DNA of 44,434 nucleotides from an uncultured Acidiferrobacterales bacterium (GTDB lineage Bacteria > Pseudomonadota > Gammaproteobacteria > Acidiferrobacterales > UBA6901): contig CAYHES010000004.1 of the NCBI GenBank assembly GCA_964355495.1, positions 1 to 44,434 on the forward strand. The letters are read 5' to 3'. Positions 8,896-17,336 of the stretch are shown piece after piece. The notes under the pieces were generated by a model. That model was given only the letters and a program-made list of their open reading frames with translations, was not told where the DNA came from and made no database searches. Both the position numbers and the translations under genes were made by a program. The first letter of the stretch is position 1. Each line of letters opens with the position of its first letter.

Positions 8896-9717
8896 TCAGC
8901 GCCGCGCCAGCGCGCGGTGGCGATAACAGTGCATCAGGTGGTCGTTGACCAGGCCGGTCGCCTGCATGTGCGCGTAGACGATGGTCGAGCCGACAAAACG
9001 GAACCCGCGTTTCTTGAGATCGGCACTGAGTGCGTCCGATTCGGGCGTGCGCGCCGGGATCTGCCGCAGCGTCCTCCAGCGGTTGACGATCGGCCGGCCG
9101 CCGACGAACTGCCAGACATAACGGTCGAAGCTGCCGAACTCCTTCTGTACGGCAAGAAAGGCGCGCGCATTGCCGATCGCCGATGCGATCTTGAGGCGGT
9201 TGCGGATGATGCCGGCGTTCTTCAGCAGCGTCTTCACCTTGCGTGCGTCGAAGCGCGCCACGCGCCGCGGGTCGAAACCGGCAAAGGCAGCGCGATAGGC
9301 GGCGCGCTTGTGCAGCACCGTGCGCCAGCTCAGGCCGGCCTGCGCGCCTTCCAGAATCAGGAACTCGAAGTGTTTGCGGTCGTCGTGCACCGGCACGCCC
9401 CATTCCTCATCGTGGTAACGGAGCATGTGCGGGTCGTTGGCCGGCCAGGCGCAGCGCGGTTTCACGGCCGCGGCCGCCTTGAGCTGCGCCTTGCGCTTCG
9501 CCGGCAGCCGCTTCCAGTCACGGTCGCGCAGCGCGCCCTCGATGGCGTATACCAGGTTGAGAGTGGCGTTGTAGCCGTGCGCCCTGAGAATCCTGTAGGC
9601 ATCGACCGCGCCGAGCTTTTCCAGGTCGCGGCGGGTGTGCACGCCGATGGCGTTCAGCCAGCGCGTGCTCGCCGGGCCGAGGTTTTGCAATGCCGTGAGT
9701 GTACCGATTTTGGTCAT
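8896..9717 (-). CDS. tag: TfoX_C domain fused to DNA-3-methyladenine glycosylase I
   Basis: The N-terminal 85 aa (LTALQNLGPASTRWLNAIGVHTRRDLEKLGAVDAYRIL...LNLVYAIEGAL) match the TfoX C-terminal helix-hairpin-helix. The rest (YHDEEWGVP...LILEGAQAGLSW...) is Tag. ATG 9717 is preferred over the ORF-track start 9891. Confidence 0.8.
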   Translation of the reverse strand: MTKIGTLTALQNLGPASTRWLNAIGVHTRRDLEKLGAVDAYRILRAHGYNATLNLVYAIEGALRDRDWKRLPAKRKAQLKAAAAVKPRCAWPANDPHMLRYHDEEWGVPVHDDRKHFEFLILEGAQAGLSWRTVLHKRAAYRAAFAGFDPRRVARFDARKVKTLLKNAGIIRNRLKIASAIGNARAFLAVQKEFGSFDRYVWQFVGGRPIVNRWRTLRQIPARTPESDALSADLKKRGFRFVGSTIVYAHMQATGLVNDHLMHCYRHRALARR

Positions 9718-9929
9718 GGGCCGGGCCGGGAAGCGACGCTGGCAGGCTAGCATGTTCCAAACTGCGGCAGTATCCATCCCCGGCACCGGCTGTATGCGCC
9801 AATCGGGCCACGGCCGGTGCGTCACAGGTTCCGAAGAATCAGGGACTTGGAACGCGTGAATTTGACGCTGGCCTGGAGCCGTCCGTGGCATATTTGTTGC
9901 AAATAGTGCTCAAAATCTGGCGCCCCTCC

Positions 9930-11528
9930 ATGCAAGCATTCTTGACCGGAAAGAATCGCCACCTACTCGCCATTGCCGTCAGCTTGGCGCTTTTATTCAC
10001 GCTCGCCGACGTCGCGGTGCATGTGTGGCTGGATGTGTCGGGTGCGGTGACCGCGCGACCGTGGTGGTCGGTTGTTCTTGTGGAATTGACCGCGCCCGGC
10101 GCCCATGAGCTGTGGACGCGGATGCTGGGTGGCGGGCTGTTCGTATTGTTTGTCGCCTATGTTCTGTATGAGCGCCGGCGCTCCGGGCTTCAGCTCCATT
10201 ATCAGGCCAATCACGACGCGCTTACCGGCCTGCCTAATCGCAAGGCCTTTCTCGAACAACTCGACAGCGAGGTGGCGCGGGCGCATCGCAACCATCAGAA
10301 ATTCGCCCTGCTGTTCATCAACCTCGACAACTTCAAGGCGGTGAACGATACGCTTGGCCACGAAGATGGCGACTGCCTGCTGCTGGTGGCGGCACAGCGT
10401 CTGTGTTTCGTGCCGCGCCAGTCCGACATGCTGGCCCGGATCGGTGGCGATGAGTTCGTGTTGCTGGCGCGCGATGTGCAGGATCCGGTCGCCATCTCGG
10501 CCGTGGCCCAGCGACTGCTGGAGGCCCTGTCGATGCCGTGGGACATCAATGGCCACCCGCTGCATGTCACGGCCAGTATCGGCATCACGGTGTTCCCTGG
10601 CGATGGCGCCGATGCCCAGACGCTGCTGCGCCACGTCGATATCGCCACGCATCACGCCAAGGGCAGGGGCCGGAATTGCTATCAGTTTTACGCGCCCGAA
10701 ATGAACGAGCGTGCCGTGGCGCGCGTGCACCTTGAAAGCCGCCTGCGTCAGGCACTGGAGCGCGGCGAATTCGAACTGCATTACCAGCCGCAGGTTGATC
10801 TCAACACCTTCAGGGTGATCGGCGCCGAGGCGCTGATACGCTGGCGCGATGCACAGGGCAATCCGATTGCACCGATGCAGTTCATTCCACTCGCCGAAGA
10901 GACCGGGCTGATCGTGCCGATCGGCGAATGGGTGTTGCGCACCGCCTGCGCGCAGGCGGTGGCATGGCAACGGCTCGGGTTGCCGCCACTGTGCATGGGC
11001 GTGAATGTGTCCGGACGGCAATTGCGGCAGGACGACTTTGTCAGCGTGGTGCGTGCGGCGCTGCGTGACACCGGGCTCGAACCGCGCTGGCTCGAGCTCG
11101 AAATCACCGAAAGCCTGCTCATGGAGAAGCTGGAAGAGAGCATCGGCAAACTCAAGGAACTGCGGGCGCTCGGTGTCCAGGTCGCCATCGATGACTTCGG
11201 CACGGGTTATTCATCCATGAATTACCTGCACCGCCTGCCGATCGACCGCCTCAAGATCGACCGCAGCTTCATCCAGAACATCACCCAGAACGGCGACGAC
11301 CCGGTGGTGGCGCGCGCCATTATCGCGCTGGGACACGCGCTCGGGCTCAGTATCGTGGCCGAGGGCGTGGAGACCGAGGTGCAATCCGGGTTCCTGCGCG
11401 ACCAGCTTTGTCAGACCGTGCAGGGCTTTCTGTACAGCCGCCCGCTGACCGTGGGGCAGTTTGAGGCGCATCTCGCCAATCCGCCCGCTCACACGCAGGT
11501 TAAAGACATCCGGCCGGCGCCGCACTGA
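9930..11528 (+). CDS. membrane-anchored GGDEF-EAL c-di-GMP turnover protein
   Basis: Two predicted TM segments, RQSD-x5-GGDEF (I-site plus active site), then EALIRW...DDFGTGYSS...EGVE. ATG 9930 is preferred over the ORF-track 9699. Confidence 0.85.
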   Translation: MQAFLTGKNRHLLAIAVSLALLFTLADVAVHVWLDVSGAVTARPWWSVVLVELTAPGAHELWTRMLGGGLFVLFVAYVLYERRRSGLQLHYQANHDALTGLPNRKAFLEQLDSEVARAHRNHQKFALLFINLDNFKAVNDTLGHEDGDCLLLVAAQRLCFVPRQSDMLARIGGDEFVLLARDVQDPVAISAVAQRLLEALSMPWDINGHPLHVTASIGITVFPGDGADAQTLLRHVDIATHHAKGRGRNCYQFYAPEMNERAVARVHLESRLRQALERGEFELHYQPQVDLNTFRVIGAEALIRWRDAQGNPIAPMQFIPLAEETGLIVPIGEWVLRTACAQAVAWQRLGLPPLCMGVNVSGRQLRQDDFVSVVRAALRDTGLEPRWLELEITESLLMEKLEESIGKLKELRALGVQVAIDDFGTGYSSMNYLHRLPIDRLKIDRSFIQNITQNGDDPVVARAIIALGHALGLSIVAEGVETEVQSGFLRDQLCQTVQGFLYSRPLTVGQFEAHLANPPAHTQVKDIRPAPH

Positions 11529-11616
11529 TTGCCTTCCGGGCCCTCGCCACGGCTGCGCGTGCGGATAGCGTTCTTTATCGAGCGCCACAAACCGGCCGCG
11601 GAATCTCACCGCCGTC

Positions 11617-11757
11617 TCACCGCCGGAGCGGGGCACGCAACGTCAGTCCCGTGGCGTCGAAGTGCGCCACGGTCACACCCATGGCGCGGATGAGTGGAAT
11701 CTGTGCATGCAGGGCCCGTTCCGGTTCCCGCAGTACTTCGGTTCCGAGCGGCTGCCT
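11617..11757 (-). pseudogene. remnant of a YiiD_C/PaaI-like thioesterase (about 46 codons, no start codon)
   Basis: Translation LREPERALHAQIPLIRAMGVTVAHFDATGLTLRAPLRR* resembles the N-terminus of YiiD_C-type thioesterases. It has no ATG/GTG/TTG and lies in frame directly after the glpD-like stop. It terminates where the conserved core should begin. Confidence 0.35.
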
Positions 11758-11760
11758 GGG

Positions 11761-12924
11761 CTAGTCCTTGAGCCGCAGTGTGGCGGTGTCGGCGCGCGCC
11801 GGCCGCACGGGTAATGCCGCACGCAGCAACGTCAGCGCCTTCCGTGCGGTAGCCCGGTAGCCGGTGAGTTTGCCGCCGTAGATGTTGACCAGGTGTGGCT
11901 GTTCCGGTGTATCAGTCCGATAGAGTGTTTCGCGCGGCCGGTGGAAGGCCGTGCCTTGCGCCAACGGCAACACGCGCAGGCCGGCGAACTGGTCGCGCAG
12001 CGACGCGTCGCGCTCCGGAAAATAACGGTGGAAAGTACGCAACAGGTATTCCACCTCCGCCGGCAGCGGCCGCACCCGCGCCGGATCGCCGCGGAAGTGC
12101 GTTTCGGTGGTGCCGACCAGGGTCATGCCGCGCCACGGCATGACAAATACCGCGCGCCCGTCCTCGGCCTCGGTGTAATACACGCCGCGCTGCAATGCCC
12201 CGTCGAGCACGATATGTGCTCCCTGTACCAGCTCGATCGCAGGTGGCGGTACTTGCGGCGTGATGCGCGCCAACACGGTATTGATCCACGGGCCGGCGGC
12301 ATTCACCAGCGCCGTGCAGTGGCTCTCGGCCTCGCCCCGCGGTGTGCGGTAGCGCACGGCATAGCCGCTTGCGGTGCGCTGGGCAGCGAGGAACTCACCG
12401 GGCAGGACCAGTTGCGCGCCGAGCGATTGCGCCGAGCGCATCACCGCCAGGGTGAGCGCGGCATCATCGGTCTGGGCATCCTGATAGCGGAATACTGCCT
12501 GAAGATTTTCGGTGGCGAGGCCGTCGAGCTCGCCCCACTGCGCGCGCGGCAGCGCGGCGAACCACGCATGCCGGCGCAGGTTGCCGAGCAGCGCGTAGAG
12601 GCTGAGGCCGGCGCGGATTTGCCACGGCCGGCGCGCGGTGTGACGGTAGACCGGAATATGGAACGGCACCAGCCGCACCAGCTGCGGCGCGATGCGCAGC
12701 AGAATATCGCGCTCGCGCAGGCTCTCGCGCACCAGATTGAACTGGCCGCTTTCCAGATAACGCAGCCCGCCGTGAATGAGTTTGCTCGAACGGCAGGAGG
12801 TGGCGCTGGCGATGCCGGACTGTTCCAGCACCAGCGCCGTATATCCAGCGGCGGCCGCCGCCTGGGCCACGCCGGCACCGTGGATGCCGCCGCCGATCAC
12901 GACCAGATCGTGCTGTCCGGTCAT
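11761..12924 (-). CDS. glpD: FAD-dependent glycerol-3-phosphate dehydrogenase-like oxidoreductase (short form)
   Basis: DLVVIGGGIHGAGVAQAAAAAGY...SSKLIHGGLRYLE is the GlpD N-terminal signature. ATG 12924 overlaps the upstream gene stop (ATGA). The ORF-track extension to 13497 is an out-of-context overlap. Confidence 0.8.
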   Translation of the reverse strand: MTGQHDLVVIGGGIHGAGVAQAAAAAGYTALVLEQSGIASATSCRSSKLIHGGLRYLESGQFNLVRESLRERDILLRIAPQLVRLVPFHIPVYRHTARRPWQIRAGLSLYALLGNLRRHAWFAALPRAQWGELDGLATENLQAVFRYQDAQTDDAALTLAVMRSAQSLGAQLVLPGEFLAAQRTASGYAVRYRTPRGEAESHCTALVNAAGPWINTVLARITPQVPPPAIELVQGAHIVLDGALQRGVYYTEAEDGRAVFVMPWRGMTLVGTTETHFRGDPARVRPLPAEVEYLLRTFHRYFPERDASLRDQFAGLRVLPLAQGTAFHRPRETLYRTDTPEQPHLVNIYGGKLTGYRATARKALTLLRAALPVRPARADTATLRLKD

Positions 12925-13670
12925 GCCGGACTTTTGCGCAGCGGCTCGAAAGCGGCGAGCATCTCGCCGATGGCGAAGGTCTCGATGAAGCCCACGCCGC
13001 GCTTCGCCAGCTTGAGCGCGAGTTGCGGGTCGGTGATTTCGTACACCACGATCTTGGCGCCGGCCTTCTCGAGATCGCCGAAGCGCGGCAGGTCCACGGC
13101 GTCGCAGAACAGGTAGTCCGGGCGGATCGCCTGCACGTCGGCGTTGCGCTGGTGGTGCCAGCGCTCCAGGATGGCGCCAACGCTGTGATAGCCCTGCTGG
13201 CGCGCCGCGGCCAGCACCGGCACGTTGTAGGAGATCAGCACGCACTGCGGTAGCACCGGCGCCAGCGAACGCAGCACGTTGTCCAGCACCGTCTGCACGC
13301 CGAACACCTCGATCGACACGCGCTTGAGCTCGATAAACGCGGTCACCTGCGGGTGGCGCGCGAGCAGCGCGCCGAGCTCGGCGAGCGTCGTGATCGGGTT
13401 CTGCGCGAACTTGTAGCCGAAGCGCTCGAATTCGAATACGTGGAAGGCCTTGAGCTCCTCGCGCGTGTAGCGGTGGATCATGCCCTGCGCGCGGCACAGC
13501 CGGTCCAGGGTGCGGTCGTGGAACAGCACCGGCACCTTGTCGGCGCTCAACTGCACATCCACCTCGACGTAGCGCGCGCCGGCGCGGATCGCCGCTTCGA
13601 TGCCGATCAGCGTGTTCTCGGGGTAGTGCAGCGCATAGCCGCGATGGGCGACCAGTTCCGGGATATCCAA
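12921..13670 (-). CDS. glycerophosphodiester phosphodiesterase (GDPD family)
   Basis: VAHRGYALHYPENTLIGIEAAIRAGARYVEVDVQLSADKVPVLFHD is the canonical GDPD catalytic motif. It is translationally coupled to the glpD-like gene. Confidence 0.85.
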   Translation of the reverse strand: MDIPELVAHRGYALHYPENTLIGIEAAIRAGARYVEVDVQLSADKVPVLFHDRTLDRLCRAQGMIHRYTREELKAFHVFEFERFGYKFAQNPITTLAELGALLARHPQVTAFIELKRVSIEVFGVQTVLDNVLRSLAPVLPQCVLISYNVPVLAAARQQGYHSVGAILERWHHQRNADVQAIRPDYLFCDAVDLPRFGDLEKAGAKIVVYEITDPQLALKLAKRGVGFIETFAIGEMLAAFEPLRKSPA

Positions 13671-13743
13671 ATCAATGTGCTCCTGCCGTCGGTACGGTGC
13701 CTGGACTTTACCACCCCGCGGGCGCGGCCGCGAACCACGCCGG

Positions 13744-14394
13744 TCAGCGCACGCGCACCACCCGCAGCAGCGCGGTTGTCATGACAACGAGGCCGGCAAG
13801 ATACAGCGGCCAGGCGAATGCGCCCGGCAGCCAGCCGTGCAACGCCGCCGCGCCGCCGGTCAGCAGTGGCCAGGCCGGTGCGAGAAAGCTGGCCAGGGCC
13901 AGCAGCGCGCCGGCCACGAACAGCAGCGCATCCGTCCGGCGCAGGCGCAAATCACGCGGCGTGGCCAGTACCCACCCGCCCCAGAGCGCGAACAGCAGCG
14001 CGATCAACGCCGGCGCCAGCCATGGTCCGAACCACGGCCAGGGCATGAGAAACAGGATGTCCCATTCCAGCCACCGGTCGGGCCAGCCAAGGTAGGCCTT
14101 CAGCCAGATGTAGTAGAAGATATCCCACAGTCCAAACACATACACAAACGCCGCGCACCGGCGCACGAAACCGCGCGCGGCCAGCAGTGCAACGACGAGC
14201 ATCATGACCAGCGTAGCGAGTTCGCGCGCCAGTTCGAGCGCAAGATCGTCGGCGCTCAGCAACCGCAACGGGAAGAGCGCGAGCGGATTCTCCGGGTAAT
14301 AGACGTGGCGCAGGTGCACGACCACGGCCGCCTCGACCAGCGCCATGGCAATGGCGTAGGCCGCAAGCCACAGCAGCAACGCGCGTGGTTTCAT
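13744..14394 (-). CDS. hypothetical polytopic membrane protein
   Basis: Five to six hydrophobic segments, rich in Trp/Pro/Leu, with high GC3. ATG 14394 (MKPRALLLWLAAY) is preferred. Confidence 0.6.
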   Translation of the reverse strand: MKPRALLLWLAAYAIAMALVEAAVVVHLRHVYYPENPLALFPLRLLSADDLALELARELATLVMMLVVALLAARGFVRRCAAFVYVFGLWDIFYYIWLKAYLGWPDRWLEWDILFLMPWPWFGPWLAPALIALLFALWGGWVLATPRDLRLRRTDALLFVAGALLALASFLAPAWPLLTGGAAALHGWLPGAFAWPLYLAGLVVMTTALLRVVRVR

Positions 14395-14468
14395 AAACGG
14401 GTCTCGCTGTTCACGAATGCAGGCCCGCGGCCGGTGCACGTCACGGTCGGCGTGAGCATGTCATGCGG

Positions 14469-15250
14469 TCAGTGCAGATAGCTGCGCAGTGATGGCGGCA
14501 GCGGCTGGCGCAGCAGCGCATTGCGCGCCTGCCACTCGTCGCCGGCTTCGAGCGTCGCCAGGAAGCGGGTCTCGCCGCCGGCCTGCACGGCGATCGGCAC
14601 GCCGTCGCGCGCGCGATTTCCTCGATCGGCTTCTGTGTGGCCGACAGGCCGATGCGCGTGAGCGCGTGCGGGCTTGCGAGCGCCGCCAGGCGTTCCAGCG
14701 ACAGCGCCAGATGCGAGCCACGCTTGCTGCCGGCCACCGCATGAATCTCATCCACGATCATCGTACGCGCCGTCGCCAGCATGTTGCGCCCGGATTCGCT
14801 GGTGAGCAGCAGATACAGCGACTCGGGAGTCGTGACCAGAATATGCGGCGGGCGCTTGATCATGGCCGCGCGCTCGCCGGGCGTGGTGTCGCCGGTGCGC
14901 ACCTGCACGCGAATGTCCACGTCCGGCAGATGGAGCGCCTTCAGTTGCGCACGAATGCCGGCCAGCGGCCATTGCAGGTTGCGCTCAATGTCGTTGGACA
15001 GCGCCTTGAGCGGCGACACGTACACCACGCGGGTTTCGTCTGCGAGCCGGCCTTCAACGCCGTCGCGCACCAGTGCATCGATCGCCGCGAGGAACGCCGC
15101 CAGTGTCTTGCCCGAGCCGGTGGGCGCGGCGATCAGTGTGTGTTGTCCGGCACGGATTGCCGGCCAGGCCTCGGCCTGCGGCGCCGTCGGCGCGCTGAAG
15201 GTCGCCTGGAACCAGCCAGCGACGGCGGGATGAAAGGGCGTGAACGGCAT
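14469..15250 (-). pseudogene. lhr: Lhr-type DEAD/DEAH helicase remnant with a large internal deletion and frameshift
   Basis: The first ~211 codons are a good Lhr N-terminus ([26 protein letters not shown]). At a (GC)n run near 14606-14616 the frame is lost. In the -1 frame the text resumes [46 protein letters not shown], which reads like an Lhr C-terminus. Full-length Lhr is well over 1000 aa. Confidence 0.7.
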
Positions 15251-15288
15251 GCTCAGTCGGCGTCAGCCTCAGTGATCAAAAGAAACTC

Positions 15289-15693
15289 TTATTCCCCTCT
15301 CCCGCTTGCGGGAGAGGGGTCGGGGGAGACGACTGCATGGATGCAGGAGGTAGGGCAGCGCCGGGAGCGGCTGCCGAGGGTGCAACGAATTTGCTCCAAC
15401 ACACTCTCCAACTGCTGCATCACATCGTTGTTCCAGAAACGCAGCACTGTATAACCCTGGCTGCGCAACCACGCATCCCGATCCTGGTCGTAGTCCACCT
15501 GTTCAGAATGCTGACCACCGTCAATCTCGATAATCAGCCGCTGCTCCAGACACACAAAATCCACAATGTAGCGGCCCATAGGTTTTTGCCGCTTGAATTT
15601 CAGACCCAAGAAACGATGCGCCCGCAGGTGATACCACAGTCGTTGCTCGGCCTCGGTCTGTTTGCTGCGTAAGGTTTTGGCATTGTTGAGCAT
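15289..15693 (-). CDS. DUF559 (Vsr/very-short-patch-repair-like endonuclease fold) protein
   Basis: TEAEQRLWYHLRAHRFLGLKFKRQKPMGRYIVDFVC...IIEIDGGQH...GYTVLRFWNNDV is the DUF559 signature. The last ~12 codons (SPDPSPASGRGE) are encoded by a REP family 1 copy. Confidence 0.85.
   Translation of the reverse strand: MLNNAKTLRSKQTEAEQRLWYHLRAHRFLGLKFKRQKPMGRYIVDFVCLEQRLIIEIDGGQHSEQVDYDQDRDAWLRSQGYTVLRFWNNDVMQQLESVLEQIRCTLGSRSRRCPTSCIHAVVSPDPSPASGRGE
15294..15330. repeat. REP family 1 copy overlapping the 3' end of the DUF559 gene
   Basis: cccctctcccgcttgcgggagaggggtcgggggagac. Confidence 0.85.
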
Positions 15694-15722
15694 GCGCCTG
15701 TATCCCTTGGCACCCTCTCCCC

Positions 15723-15821
15723 CAGCCCCTCTCCCGCAGGCGGGAGAGGGGAGCAGTATGCTTCATACACGAAACCCTTTACGCCCCTCTCCCACTCGTG
15801 GGAGAGGGGTAGGGGAGAGGG
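15723..15821. repeat. REP family 1, two copies in opposite orientation (15723-15761, 15784-15821) just upstream of the DUF559 gene
   Basis: ccctctcccccagcccctctcccgcaggcgggagagggg and cccctctcccactcgtgggagaggggtaggggagaggg. Confidence 0.85.
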
Positions 15822-15964
15822 CGGTTCCGTTCTCTCCAGTAACTATCTTGATCCCAACTGCCTGTGACTGCCAGCCCTGTCACGGACAGCGTGACAAAAC
15901 CCGCAGACAAGCGCTACCTTTGGCGTCACAGGCCGGCATCCGCCGCCCGGAATCGGGAGCAACC

Positions 15965-16786
15965 ATGAGTGTGAGCGGAAAACCCAAGACCCAGAACATG
16001 GCCCTGTTCTGCGATTTCGAGAACGTCGCGATCGGCGTGCGCGACGTGCGCGCCGCCGAGTTCGACATCCAGAAGGTGCTGGAGCGGTTGCTGCTCAAGG
16101 GCAGCATCGTGGTCAAGAAGGCCTATTGCGACTGGGACCGTTACAAGCAGTTCAAGGCCACCATGCACGAGGCGGCGTTCGAGCTTATCGAAATTCCGCA
16201 CGTGCGCCAGTCGGGCAAGAACTCGGCCGACATCCGCATGGTGGTCGACGCCCTCGACCTCTGCTACACCAAGGCGCACGTCGATACCTTCGTCATCATC
16301 AGCGGCGACTCGGACTTCTCGCCGCTGGTCAGCAAGCTGCGCGAGAACAACAAGCTGGTGATCGGCGTCGGGGTGAAGCAATCCACCTCCGACCTGTTGA
16401 TCGCCAACTGCGACGAGTTCATTTTTTACGACGACCTGGTGCGTGAGCAGAAAAAAACGCCGCAGCGCAAACCCAAGGCGGCCGCTGGCAAGGCGCCGGA
16501 GAAAGCCGCCGCCGGCGATGACACGCAGAAGCAGCAGGAGGCGCTCGACCTGGTGGTGGAAACGGTCGAGGACCTGTTCAAGGAACGCGGCGAGGAGGAA
16601 AAGGTGTGGGGCTCGATGGTCAAGCAGGCGCTGAAGCGCCGCAAGCCCGGCTTCAACGAGACCTACCACGGCTTTCGTACCTTCAGCAAACTGCTGGAAG
16701 CGGCACAGGCGCGCGGCCTGTTGCAACTGGAACACGACGAGAAGTCCGGCGGTTACATCGTCACGAGCCTCGCGGCCGAAGAGTAA
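15965..16786 (+). CDS. NYN (LabA-like) domain protein with C-terminal OST-HTH/LOTUS domain
   Basis: ALFCDFENVAIG...VKKAYCDW...IISGDSDFSPLVSKLRE is the NYN/PIN-like core. A Lys/Ala-rich linker follows, then VWGSMVKQALKRRKPGFNETYHGFRTFSKLLE, a LOTUS-type RNA-binding module. ATG 15965 is preceded by gggag. Confidence 0.8.
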   Translation: MSVSGKPKTQNMALFCDFENVAIGVRDVRAAEFDIQKVLERLLLKGSIVVKKAYCDWDRYKQFKATMHEAAFELIEIPHVRQSGKNSADIRMVVDALDLCYTKAHVDTFVIISGDSDFSPLVSKLRENNKLVIGVGVKQSTSDLLIANCDEFIFYDDLVREQKKTPQRKPKAAAGKAPEKAAAGDDTQKQQEALDLVVETVEDLFKERGEEEKVWGSMVKQALKRRKPGFNETYHGFRTFSKLLEAAQARGLLQLEHDEKSGGYIVTSLAAEE

Positions 16787-16840
16787 TCCCGCGGCACGGA
16801 TCGGCGCACGTTGCAGGTATCATATCGCGGAGCATGCTGC

Positions 16841-17233
16841 ATGGACTGGTTCGGTTACCTCATTGCGACCTTCATCACGGTTTTCGTGCTGATCAACTTC
16901 CTGCCGCTGCTGCGCGCGCGCCAGGCGCGCGGCCGCGCGGTGCCGGAGCTGGACGCGTTGCTCAGCGACGCGCAGCGTGGCAAGCAACGGCTGCTGGTGT
17001 ATTTCTGGAGCCCGACTTGTGGCATGTGCCGCGGCATGACACCCATCATCGACAAACTGGCCGCGGAGCGCGGCGACGTGCTCAAGGTGAACGCCGCCGA
17101 ATCGGTCGCACTCGCCAAACATTTCGGCGTGATGGCCACGCCGTCGCTCGCGCTGGTGGAGCAGGGCGTGTTGAAAAAACTCGTGGTCGGCGCGAAGGGC
17201 GAGTCGCAGATCCGTGCGCTGCTCGAAGTGTGA
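16841..17233 (+). CDS. membrane-anchored thioredoxin-family protein (CGMC active site)
   Basis: One N-terminal TM helix, then LLVYFWSPTCGMCRGMTPIIDKL...ATPSL thioredoxin fold. Confidence 0.8.
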   Translation: MDWFGYLIATFITVFVLINFLPLLRARQARGRAVPELDALLSDAQRGKQRLLVYFWSPTCGMCRGMTPIIDKLAAERGDVLKVNAAESVALAKHFGVMATPSLALVEQGVLKKLVVGAKGESQIRALLEV

Positions 17234-17336
17234 TCAACGGCCGAATGTTTACCAATGGATATTCATGTCCACCAGACCGGTTTGTTGGGGTTCGCTTCAC
17301 TCACATCAACCTACACCTGCTTATAGATAAACACCC

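Noticed and set aside
9699-9929. Long N-terminal extensions offered by the ORF track: GGDEF-EAL from 9699, Tag from 9891, glpD-like from 13497, NYN from 15662, OMP from 19050, dadA from 20332, RRM from 29144, exonuclease from 28874, DUF692 from 31705.
   Set aside because: The extensions overlap neighbouring genes or repeats and have junk-like composition. Internal ATGs with Shine-Dalgarno sequences give N-termini typical of each family.
14441-15250. The 269-aa ORF as an intact small helicase-like protein.
   Set aside because: Only the first ~211 residues are helicase-like. The remainder is out-of-frame read-through (Arg/Cys/Ala-rich). The true C-terminal Lhr text is in another frame, so I call it a pseudogene.
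15294-15821. CRISPR array, suggested by recurring palindromic ~38-nt units.
   Set aside because: The units occur in both orientations with irregular spacing (about 20 to 390 nt), overlap coding sequence, and no cas genes are present. They behave as REP elements.
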